Positions 27,238 through 35,615 of a DNA stretch of 64,000 bases are shown one piece after another. The translations under genes and the position numbers were made by a program. The stretch covers positions 10,670-74,669 of the forward strand of contig CBFIJD010000004.1 of assembly GCA_965662845.1 (NCBI GenBank). Reading direction: 5' to 3'. The notes below the pieces were generated by a model. The model ran no database searches. It saw only the letters and a list, made by a program, of their open reading frames with translations, and was not told the origin of the DNA. The stretch comes from an uncultured bacterium. Lineage in GTDB: Bacteria > SAR324 > NAC60-12. How positions within the stretch are numbered: position 1 is the first letter of the stretch; every line of letters starts with the position of its first letter.

Positions 27238-28356
27238 ATGCCCCTAGCCGTCACGCACGTGGGATCGTTGCCCCGTCGCCAACGCACCGTCGATCAGATC
27301 TTTGCCCGAGAACGCAACGCGCCGTGGGATCGCGCCACGTTTGATCACATCATGGCGGAGGAAGTCACCGAGACCGTGCGACGCCAAACCGAGGCGGGCG
27401 TGAGCATCGTCAGCGACGGCGAGACCTCCAAGATCTCTTACGCGACCTACGTCAAGGATCGCTACACTGGATTTGATGGTGACAGCCCCCGCCAAGCGCC
27501 TGCAGACCTCAAACAGTTCCCCAGCTTCTTGCAGCGCCTCGCCGACAGCGGCGGCACCCCCACCTACTCCCGCCCTTGCTGCGTGGGCCCTGTGGCGCCC
27601 AAGGACGACCACGATCTACAAGCCGACATCGCGCATCTCCAAGCGGCGATGCAGCGCTCTGGGGTCGTGGAAGGCTTCCTCAACGCCGCGAGTCCGGGCG
27701 TGATCGCTCTGTTCCTGCCCAATCAGCACTACCCAGACCACGAAAGCTACCTGAACGCGCTGGGGGAAGCCCTCCAGCACGAATACCGCGCCATCATCGA
27801 CGCCGGGTTGCAGCTGCAAATTGACTGTCCCGACTTGGCGTTGTCGCGCCACATGCTCTTCATGGACAAGTCAGACGCAGACTTCGTGCGCCTCGCAGAT
27901 CTGCATGTCAGCGTACTCAACAACGCGCTCGCAGGGCTGCCCAAAGAGCGCATCCGCCTGCACATCTGCTGGGGCAACTACGAAGGTCCCCACACGTGTG
28001 ACATCGACATGGAGCGCGTCTTCTCTACGCTGATGCGTACCCACGCGCAGTACCTCCTGTTTGAGAACGCCAACCCGCGTCATGGCCACGAATGGACCGT
28101 CTTCGCCGAACGCAGAGCGGAGATCCCTGAAGACAAAGTCCTCGTTCCAGGGGTCGTGGACACAACCACCAACTTTGTGGAGCACCCTCGGTTGGTCACA
28201 CAGCGGCTGCAGCGCTTCGTGGAGATTGTCGGACGCGAGCGGGTCGTCGCTGGCACCGACTGTGGCTTCGGGACCTTCGCTGGCTTCGGCGCGGTTGATC
28301 CTGAAATCGCGTATGCCAAATTACAAACCCTCGCACAAGGAGCCGCCGATGTCTGA
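27238..28356 (+). CDS. Cobalamin-independent methionine synthase II family protein (single-barrel Zn thiol transferase)
   Basis: THVGSLPR, SDGE, QIDCPDL, HICWGNYEGPH, FENANPRH and TDCGFGT. Alternative start at GTG 27226. Confidence 0.88.
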   Translation: MPLAVTHVGSLPRRQRTVDQIFARERNAPWDRATFDHIMAEEVTETVRRQTEAGVSIVSDGETSKISYATYVKDRYTGFDGDSPRQAPADLKQFPSFLQRLADSGGTPTYSRPCCVGPVAPKDDHDLQADIAHLQAAMQRSGVVEGFLNAASPGVIALFLPNQHYPDHESYLNALGEALQHEYRAIIDAGLQLQIDCPDLALSRHMLFMDKSDADFVRLADLHVSVLNNALAGLPKERIRLHICWGNYEGPHTCDIDMERVFSTLMRTHAQYLLFENANPRHGHEWTVFAERRAEIPEDKVLVPGVVDTTTNFVEHPRLVTQRLQRFVEIVGRERVVAGTDCGFGTFAGFGAVDPEIAYAKLQTLAQGAADV

Positions 28357-29041
28357 GCTCATTTTCGCCGCGATGCGGAAGGTCGACACGCCGACCATCT
28401 CCAACGCGTTGGATGTCATTCTGGGAACGCGCGCTGCCGTCGGCTTCACTCGCTTCCCCACGGTCTGCGCTGATCCACAGCTGCCGCCCGTCGTCGGATA
28501 TGCTCGCACCGCCAAGATTCGCGCCGCTTCGGCGCCGTTGTGCTCCCCCGCCGAGGTTCGTGAGCTGCGCCTGCAATACTATGAATTTATGGAAGCCGGA
28601 AAACCGCCGGTCGTGACGGTCATTGAAGACACCGACTGGCCGCACTGCGTGGGGGCGTTTTGGGGGGAAGTCAACACCGCGATTCATAAGGGGCTGGGCG
28701 TCGCTGGGGTTGTCACCAACGGGCTGCTGCGCGACCTGGATGAGCTGGAGCCGGAGTTTCAAGTCATCGCTAGCAATGTCGGCCCGAGCCACGCTTTCGT
28801 CCACGTCACTGAGCTGGACAGTACGGTCAACATCCTCGGCATGACCGTGCGCCCCGGCGACATCATCCACGCCGACCGACACGGTGCGGTCGTGATCGCC
28901 CCCGAGCACCTCGCCGCGATGCCCGCTGCGATCCAAGCCATTCACGACAAAGAAGCCCCGATCCTCGCCGCAGCGCGCGCCGAAGGCTTCTCTGCCGCCA
29001 AGTTGCGCGAGCTTTGGCCCGGCGGCTCTCCCAAACCTTAA
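28349..29041 (+). CDS. RraA / HMG aldolase family protein
   Basis: DTPTISNAL, VGYART, AFWGEV, GVVTNGLLRD and PGDIIHADRHG. AAGGAG RBS. Confidence 0.9.
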   Translation: MSELIFAAMRKVDTPTISNALDVILGTRAAVGFTRFPTVCADPQLPPVVGYARTAKIRAASAPLCSPAEVRELRLQYYEFMEAGKPPVVTVIEDTDWPHCVGAFWGEVNTAIHKGLGVAGVVTNGLLRDLDELEPEFQVIASNVGPSHAFVHVTELDSTVNILGMTVRPGDIIHADRHGAVVIAPEHLAAMPAAIQAIHDKEAPILAAARAEGFSAAKLRELWPGGSPKP

Positions 29042-29052
29042 CCTGAGCAGCA

Positions 29053-29544
29053 ATGTCCACCACAGAAGCGAACAAACAGCTCGTTGACGATATGTACGAC
29101 GGCCTCAACCAGAACGTCTTGGGGCTGATGGAAAAATATTGGAAGGCAGACATGGTCTGGGAAGGACCTGCGGGCATCGGCACCAAGCGTGGCATCGACG
29201 CATTTGAGAACGACTACCGCAGAGCCTTCATTCACGCCTTTCCTGACAAGCACGCCACCGACCTCGTGCGCATCGCCGAAGGAGACTGGGTCGCAGGCAC
29301 CGGCTTTCAAGAAGCCACCTTCGCCAATGCGTGGCTGGGGATCCCTCCGACCAATGAGAAAATTCGCGTCCGCTACATGGACTTCTGGCGCGTTGAGAGA
29401 GACGCGACCGGTGACCCCAAGCTCGCCGAGAATTTAGTCCTGATCGACATCTTGGGCGTGCTGGAGCAAGCCGGATATGACGTCCACAAAGTGCTGAAGT
29501 TTGTAGGCTCCAAGCCGCCCGCGTTTTTTGATGAGGTCACATGA
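29053..29544 (+). CDS. Ester cyclase / single SnoaL-like domain protein
   Basis: WEGPAGIG, AFPDK, IAEGDWVA, WLGIPPT, RYMDFWR and ENLV. Confidence 0.85.
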   Translation: MSTTEANKQLVDDMYDGLNQNVLGLMEKYWKADMVWEGPAGIGTKRGIDAFENDYRRAFIHAFPDKHATDLVRIAEGDWVAGTGFQEATFANAWLGIPPTNEKIRVRYMDFWRVERDATGDPKLAENLVLIDILGVLEQAGYDVHKVLKFVGSKPPAFFDEVT

Positions 29545-30581
29545 GCGCGGTCTCCGCACAAAACCAACAAAACAAACACGCCATTTGGGACTACTGGAAC
29601 CAGCTGGAACAAGCCGCGCCTGCCGAGGTCGCTGCGCTGACGCGCGCCTATCAGCGAGGCGACGCTGTGTGGCAGGGCTTCGACCCGCTGAACCGCCTCC
29701 CCAACGCAGAAGCCTTCGCCGACACGTTCTGGAATCCGCTCAACGCCTCGCTTCCCGACCTCAAGCGTGAGACGCACATCTTCATGGGCGGAGCGTCCAG
29801 CGGAAACGTCGATGGCAGACCAGACGGACAACTTTGGGTCGGAGGGACGGGGTTATTCCACGGCACCTTCGAGCGGGACTGGCTCCTCGGCGGCGTCACG
29901 ATTCCCGCCAACGGACAGCGCGTCGCGATACGCTGGGGCGAGTTTCACCGCATGGAAGAGGGCCGCATCGCGGCGACGTACTGCCTGCTCGACCTTGTGG
30001 ACTTTCTCAGTCAAATCGGCGTTGAAGTCCTCCCACCAGCGCGAGGCGCCAACGGAGTCTGGCCAGCACCTGCCAGCCAAGACGGGGTCATGCTCGCAGC
30101 GCAAGACTCCGCGAGCACAGACGCCAGCCGCGACTTGATTCGGCGCTTTCTGTTTGAAGGGCTCAACGCCTATGATCAGTCAGACCTCAGCAGCATGGGC
30201 GTCGCCGCGTTCTTTGCTCCCCACGTGCAGTGGTATGGTCCGGGAGGGATTGGGGCGTGTCGCAGTTTACGAGAGTTTGAAGACTTCCATCAGCGACCTT
30301 GGCTCACAGCCTACCCCGATCGGCAAGTGCAAGACCTCGACTCGCTCTTCGCGGAGGGGAATTACAGCGCTTCTTCGGGTTGGAAGGCGGTCGTCGCGAC
30401 CCACTCCGGCCCCTATTTGGACTGCCCTGCGACTCACCGGCAAGTCACATTCAACGGCATCGACTTCTGGCGCAGTGAGGGCAGCCATTATGTCGAGAAC
30501 TGGGTCTTTGTGGACATGCTCCACCTCTTCCGTCAATTTGGGGTAGATCTGTTGGCGCGCGTCATGCCCTCCCCGTCTTGA
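29541..30581 (+). CDS. Ester cyclase / tandem SnoaL-like protein
   Basis: Collinear with the 18810 gene (FWNPL..LPDL, WYGPGGIG, FHQRPW, ENWV). Confidence 0.85.
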   Translation: MSAVSAQNQQNKHAIWDYWNQLEQAAPAEVAALTRAYQRGDAVWQGFDPLNRLPNAEAFADTFWNPLNASLPDLKRETHIFMGGASSGNVDGRPDGQLWVGGTGLFHGTFERDWLLGGVTIPANGQRVAIRWGEFHRMEEGRIAATYCLLDLVDFLSQIGVEVLPPARGANGVWPAPASQDGVMLAAQDSASTDASRDLIRRFLFEGLNAYDQSDLSSMGVAAFFAPHVQWYGPGGIGACRSLREFEDFHQRPWLTAYPDRQVQDLDSLFAEGNYSASSGWKAVVATHSGPYLDCPATHRQVTFNGIDFWRSEGSHYVENWVFVDMLHLFRQFGVDLLARVMPSPS

Positions 30582-30623
30582 CGCCACGACTCCCGCAACT
30601 CTCTCGCTTCCCACAGGAGACAC

Positions 30624-31901
30624 ATGATTCGTTATCTGAAAGAAGGCATCAGCGCCGAGACGGCGAAAACCAACCACTCCCAAGTCCGCCAGACGGTGGA
30701 GCAGATCTTGGAAGACATTGAGAAGCGTGGCGACGCCGCTGTGCGCGAGCTCGCGCAAAAGTTCGACAAGTGGGAAAAGCCCACCTTCCGCTTGACCGCA
30801 GACGAGATCCAGGCCGCGGTGCAGGCAGTTCCCGAGTCCACCCAAGCAGACATTCGCTTCGCGCAGACGCAGATCCGCAACTTCGCGCAAGTGCAGCGCT
30901 CTGCGATCCAAGACGTGGAGCAAGAGACGCTGCCGGGCGTGATCCTCGGACACAAAAACGTCCCCGTGAACAGCGTGGGTTGCTATGTGCCCGGTGGGAA
31001 ATATCCCATGGTCGCCTCAGCGCACATGAGCGTCGTGACCGCCAAAGTGGCTGGCGTCCCGCGGGTGATTGCCTGCGCTCCGCCGTTTCAGGGAGAGCCG
31101 CACCCGGCGATCATCACCGCGATGCACTTCGGAGGTGCGGATGAAATTTACTGTCTTGGCGGCGTGCAAGCCGTAGGCGCGATGGCGCTTGGAACGGAGT
31201 CCATGCAGCCGGTGGACATGCTCGTGGGGCCTGGGAACGCCTTTGTCGCAGAAGCCAAGCGTCAGCTCTACGGGCGCGTCGGGATCGACCTCTTCGCCGG
31301 CCCAACCGAGACCTTGATCATCGCCGATGAGAGCTGCGACGCCGAGCTTTGCGCTGCGGATTTGTTAGGGCAAGCCGAACACGGCGTGAACTCGCCGGCG
31401 GTGTTGCTGGTCAACTCCGAGAAGCTGGCTCATGAGACGATGGCAGAAGTCGAACGTCAGCTGAAGGTGCTCCCCACCGGAGAGACAGCAGGAGCCGCGT
31501 GGCGCGATTATGGACAAGTGATCGTCTGCGACACCGCCGAAGAGATGGTCGCTCAAGCCGACGAGATTGCCTCCGAACACGTCCAAGTCATGACGCGCGA
31601 CCCGCAATACTTCCTTGACCACATGACCAACTACGGCGCCTTGTTCCTCGGGCAAGAGACCAACGTGGCCTATGGCGACAAAGTCATCGGCACCAACCAC
31701 ACGCTCCCCACGAGCAAAGCCGCGCGCTACACGGGCGGTCTCTGGGTGGGCAAGTTCCTCAAAACTTGCACCTATCAGTGGGTCAAGACGCCAGAAGCCA
31801 GCACGCTCATCGGTGAATACTGCTCTCGGCTTTGCGCGCTAGAGAACTTCGCCGGACACAAAGAACAGGCGGACATCCGCGTCCGTCGCTACAAAAAGTG
31901 A
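30624..31901 (+). CDS. Histidinol dehydrogenase homolog (HisD/HpsN superfamily, catabolic context)
   Basis: [35 protein letters not shown] and [13 protein letters not shown]. Confidence 0.9.
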   Translation: MIRYLKEGISAETAKTNHSQVRQTVEQILEDIEKRGDAAVRELAQKFDKWEKPTFRLTADEIQAAVQAVPESTQADIRFAQTQIRNFAQVQRSAIQDVEQETLPGVILGHKNVPVNSVGCYVPGGKYPMVASAHMSVVTAKVAGVPRVIACAPPFQGEPHPAIITAMHFGGADEIYCLGGVQAVGAMALGTESMQPVDMLVGPGNAFVAEAKRQLYGRVGIDLFAGPTETLIIADESCDAELCAADLLGQAEHGVNSPAVLLVNSEKLAHETMAEVERQLKVLPTGETAGAAWRDYGQVIVCDTAEEMVAQADEIASEHVQVMTRDPQYFLDHMTNYGALFLGQETNVAYGDKVIGTNHTLPTSKAARYTGGLWVGKFLKTCTYQWVKTPEASTLIGEYCSRLCALENFAGHKEQADIRVRRYKK

Positions 31902-31908
31902 GGTTGTT

Positions 31909-32661
31909 TTGCAGACAGACCATTTGGCGGGGCGCGTTGCGCTCGTGACGGGGGGCGCAGGCGGGATTGGTTCGGCGATTTGTCAGGCGATCGCCGAGGC
32001 TGGCGGAAGAGTCATCGTCACCTATCACCGCAGTGCCGAGCGAGCAGAAGCGCTGCTGCAGGGGCTCGCGGGCGAGGGACACTCTGGCATGCAGGTGCGC
32101 GTGGACGACAGCCCAATGCTGACGCAGGTAGCCAGCGAAGTCTGGGGCACCTACGGCAAACTCGATCTGCTGGTAAACTGTGCCGGTACCACGCGCTTCG
32201 TTCCACATGACGACCTCAACGCCTTAGACAACGACTTGATCGACGAGATCTTTCGCGTGAACTGGCGCGGCGCCTTCGCGACCATACGCGCGTTTCAGCC
32301 TCTGTTAGCGGAGAGTGACGACGCGCTGATCGTCAACATCTCGTCCATTGCCGCCGTCTCCGGCATGGGGAGCAACGTCGCTTATTGCGCGTCGAAGGCG
32401 GCGCTCGACTCCATGACACGCTCCCTCGCAAGGGCGCTGGCTCCCAACATTCGCGTGGTTTCGTTGTCTCCCGGCGTTGTCGAGACGGAGTTTATTCAGG
32501 GGCTCGACCCGGCTTGGCTCGAGACGCAACGTGCGCGCACGCCGCTCCAGCGCTTTGTCTCACCCGACGAGATCGGCGCGGCGGTCGTGCAGCTCTACAC
32601 CACGCTCCGGTCGCTCACCGGCTGCATCCTCCCCATGGACAGCGGACGCCCGCTGGGGTGA
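31909..32661 (+). CDS. SDR family oxidoreductase
   Basis: TGGAGGIG, VNCAG, NISS and YCASK. Confidence 0.93.
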   Translation: MQTDHLAGRVALVTGGAGGIGSAICQAIAEAGGRVIVTYHRSAERAEALLQGLAGEGHSGMQVRVDDSPMLTQVASEVWGTYGKLDLLVNCAGTTRFVPHDDLNALDNDLIDEIFRVNWRGAFATIRAFQPLLAESDDALIVNISSIAAVSGMGSNVAYCASKAALDSMTRSLARALAPNIRVVSLSPGVVETEFIQGLDPAWLETQRARTPLQRFVSPDEIGAAVVQLYTTLRSLTGCILPMDSGRPLG

Positions 32662-32729
32662 ACCTTCCTCAAGCCCGATAGGTGCGACAATGGCGCGGCA
32701 GCAGCCGCACCGTCTCGCCCACGCTCCAG
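32512..32729 (+). repeat. 218-bp direct repeat, left copy
   Basis: Matches 34360..34577; the only difference I found is G32592 versus A34440. Confidence 0.95.
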
Positions 32730-32855
32730 CTTTTCCTGAGCAGACATCTGCGTATTGGTTTTTCAATCCTTCAACGAGCTTGCGCGTTGTTATCGTCGAT
32801 GGCTTCTCTCGGTTCGACTGTGCGGGTGTCCTGAAGGTCATTTTTAAACCAACTA

Positions 32856-32996
32856 TCAATTTTGCCCTGGCTTTGAAATCTGCGTCGCCCGAACCCCTAT
32901 TTTCTTATGACCGAGGTAAGGTGCTACGATTTTTTCTATAAAAATCTGCTCTGTCTTACCCTCAACGATGGCGACAACCTCAATGTAATTCCTCAT
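32856..32996 (-). pseudogene. Truncated DUF4276-like (TOPRIM-type) partner gene, 46 codons
   Basis: Manual translation gives MRNYIEVVAIVEGKTEQIFIEKIVAPYLGHKKIGVRATQISKPGQN*. The start overlaps the ATPase 3' end. Confidence 0.7.
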
Positions 32997-34116
32997 AGAC
33001 CGGGCCTCCATCAATCACATTTTTAGTCCAGAGCTCACCAACAGAATAGTCTTCCAACCAAGTTGTGAAATCCTCTTCCTTCAGTCGCCGGAAGGTGGAT
33101 GCGCCACTTTCACGATTCACAACGATAACATCCTCAATGGCAAATTGATCAATAAGCGCAGGAGACTGGGTAGCCACAATAACCTGAGTTCGTTTGGCTG
33201 CAGCCTGAATCAGCTCCGCCAGCACCACAATCGCGGCTGGATGCAGTCCCAATTCCGGCTCATCAATCACGATCGTAGAAGGCGGACGCGGTTGCAGTAG
33301 CGCAGTGGCAAGGCAGATAAAGCGAATGGAACCGTCTGAAAGGTGATAGGACTGCATCGGAAAATCCGATCCTTTCTGGTTCCAGCTCAGACGGACTTTT
33401 TCGGCCTCACCCAGTTTTTGTACATCCAGCCGGAAATCATCAAAGAAGGGTATGACCAGACGGACAGCATCAACAATACGTTGATAGTAATCAGGTTCAG
33501 AATCTTTAAGCTCCAATAAAAAAGGAGCAATATTCGCAGCATCTCCTCTCAACTTGTGGAAATCTTCCACGATCTCTGAACGCCGCATGGGCGCATTGGC
33601 ACTGGTGTCATGAAAGTGGTAAACCATCCAGTTGGAGATGGATTCATAGACAAAATGTCCAACGCCATGCCATTGGCCATCCATCGATTTTTCGTTGCGC
33701 TCATCATACAAACGGCTTTCATCTGATGCGCTCCCATAAGAGCGCCAATTTGTAGATACACATTTACGCTGCTCACTGATCAAAAATTTCTCATCCGCTG
33801 TTGGTGTCAGCTCAAACTTATACGAATTGGTCCCTGTTGCATGATCACTGAGCGAAGCAAATTCAAATTCCATATTGATGCTCGGCGTCACTTTTGGACC
33901 ATTAAAAAGGAAGTTGTCAGCACCGCCACGTTCGAGAATAAACTTGCTGAAATTTTTCTCTGTCATCGCCATCAGCATGCGGAAAATCTGTACAAAGTTA
34001 CTCTTTCCCGCACCGTTCGCACCGATAATCACATTCAGATCGCCCAGCTTGAATTCGTTGAGGTCTTTGATAGATTTAAACCCCCTTATGGTCAATTTAT
34101 CTAAAGACCCTTTCAT
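32980..34116 (-). CDS. AAA_21-type ABC-like ATPase, defence-associated family
   Basis: IRGFKSI, GANGAGKSN, LSDGS, IVIDEPELGLHP and ATQSP. GGAGG RBS. Confidence 0.9.
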   Translation of the reverse strand: MKGSLDKLTIRGFKSIKDLNEFKLGDLNVIIGANGAGKSNFVQIFRMLMAMTEKNFSKFILERGGADNFLFNGPKVTPSINMEFEFASLSDHATGTNSYKFELTPTADEKFLISEQRKCVSTNWRSYGSASDESRLYDERNEKSMDGQWHGVGHFVYESISNWMVYHFHDTSANAPMRRSEIVEDFHKLRGDAANIAPFLLELKDSEPDYYQRIVDAVRLVIPFFDDFRLDVQKLGEAEKVRLSWNQKGSDFPMQSYHLSDGSIRFICLATALLQPRPPSTIVIDEPELGLHPAAIVVLAELIQAAAKRTQVIVATQSPALIDQFAIEDVIVVNRESGASTFRRLKEEDFTTWLEDYSVGELWTKNVIDGGPVYEELH

Positions 34117-34359
34117 GGAATAACCTCCGAATTATTTCTGTGTATTCCGTGTATTCTGTGGTTCATAAAATTCGAGTGTCTTCCAGGTTTGTGCTGACTC
34201 GAGCCGTCCTTGGGGCACGTCCAAATCCGCTGTCCTGCGATTTTGTCTCGTTGTCCACGCAAAGTCGATGGAGGCGTCATCCGAGGCGTAGAGCACCACC
34301 CGGTGCTGGCGGTAGATGCGCAAGCAGAGTCGCTGGTTGCCCGTGAGTACGTTGATGGT

Positions 34360-34577
34360 GCTTGGCTCGAGACGCAACGTGCGCGCACGCCGCTCCAGCG
34401 CTTTGTCTCACCCGACGAGATCGGCGCGGCGGTCGTGCAACTCTACACCACGCTCCGGTCGCTCACCGGCTGCATCCTCCCCATGGACAGCGGACGCCCG
34501 CTGGGGTGAACCTTCCTCAAGCCCGATAGGTGCGACAATGGCGCGGCAGCAGCCGCACCGTCTCGCCCACGCTCCAG
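34360..34577 (+). repeat. 218-bp direct repeat, right copy
   Basis: Contains a duplicate of the last 150 bp of the SDR gene and the true 3' end of the convergent ABC ATPase gene. Confidence 0.95.
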
Positions 34578-35575
34578 TCGCTGCGAGAAGAGACGCTGAC
34601 CCGCAAGCGCAGAGCGTTGTCAAAGCGCACAGAGAGGACCTTGCGCTCACCGTGAAAAGAGACGTCCTCCAGCACCGCTACGCGTCTCGCGACCTCGGGA
34701 GCGCGGACGACTGCGATGTCCTCTAGCCGGCACATCCACAGCTGGTCGCGCATTTGAGGCTCGTGCGCGAAAGCCTCGACGCCTAACGCTTCCCAGACTT
34801 GCAGCAGCGGCAGCAGGTTCGCCTCTCCCACAAACGAGGCGACCCACGCGGTCGCAGGCTCATGATAAACCGCCTCCGGTGTGCCCGCCTGCACCACTTT
34901 TCCCGCCGACAAGAGCACCATCCGATCCGCGAAAGTGTAGGCTTCGGCTTGGTCGTGTGTCACCAAAATCGCGCTGACCTGGGCTTCGCGTAGAATGTCG
35001 CGGATGTCCTGCCGAATCTGCACCCGCAGCCGATAGTCTAAGCTGTTGAAGGGCTCATCTAAGAGCAGCAAACGTGGCGCAGGGGCCAGAGCGCGGGCAA
35101 TCGCGATGCGCTGCTGCTCTCCGCCAGAGAGTTGATGCGGCATTTTCTCTTCGGTGCCAGAGAGCTCGACCAGCTCCAGCATCTCCGCCACACGGCGTCT
35201 CTGCTCCGCGCGAGGCCCTCGCAGACCGAAGCTCACATTTTCATACACGTTCAGGTGCGGAAACAGCGCGATGTCTTGGAACACCATGCCCACGCGGCGT
35301 TTCTCTGGAGGAACCATGCGCTGCGGTGTGCTCATCACCTCTCCGCCAAGCGTGATAGTCCCTTGCTGCGGCTGATCCAGCCCAGCGATCAGGTTCAACA
35401 GCGTGGACTTCCCACAACCTGACGGCCCCAAAATCGAGAGCAACTCCTGCGGCTGAAGCTCTAAGCTGACGCCATCCACAGGCCGCACATTGGGGTAATG
35501 GCGCACCAAGTTGTGGCACTGCAGCAAAAACTCAGAGTCGGTCGGTACGTTCGATTTTCGGCGAAAGAAAGGCAT
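34517..35575 (-). CDS. ABC ATP-binding protein, Fe3+/polyamine (FbpC/PotA) type
   Basis: GPSGCGKS, VPPEKRRVGMVFQDIALFPHL, LSGGEQQR and LDEPF. Start uncertain (35575 or 35587). Confidence 0.88.
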   Translation of the reverse strand: MPFFRRKSNVPTDSEFLLQCHNLVRHYPNVRPVDGVSLELQPQELLSILGPSGCGKSTLLNLIAGLDQPQQGTITLGGEVMSTPQRMVPPEKRRVGMVFQDIALFPHLNVYENVSFGLRGPRAEQRRRVAEMLELVELSGTEEKMPHQLSGGEQQRIAIARALAPAPRLLLLDEPFNSLDYRLRVQIRQDIRDILREAQVSAILVTHDQAEAYTFADRMVLLSAGKVVQAGTPEAVYHEPATAWVASFVGEANLLPLLQVWEALGVEAFAHEPQMRDQLWMCRLEDIAVVRAPEVARRVAVLEDVSFHGERKVLSVRFDNALRLRVSVSSRSDWSVGETVRLLPRHCRTYRA

Positions 35576-35615
35576 AGCGAGGGGCATCAGAGCGCGGAGC
35601 GCGTTGAAGAAAAAT

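Larger units (their letters stand above)
32730..34359. mobile_element. Mostly low-GC foreign cassette between long direct repeats (no mobility gene)
   Basis: Visibly AT-richer than the flanks over most of its length. Carries an AAA ATPase and a truncated partner gene, and is bounded by the 218-bp repeats. Confidence 0.65.

Noticed and set aside
18810..30581. Polyketide biosynthetic cluster suggested by the SnoaL domains
   Set aside because: There are no PKS, ACP or exporter genes; an importer and catabolic enzymes are present instead.
30624..31901. Calling the gene hisD or hpsN and the cluster a DHPS pathway
   Set aside because: The motifs differ from both, and there is no his operon or hpsKLM/OP context.
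34210..34509. 99-aa ORF ending like the SDR protein
   Set aside because: It is a by-product of the duplicated SDR 3' end and has no cofactor-binding or catalytic region.
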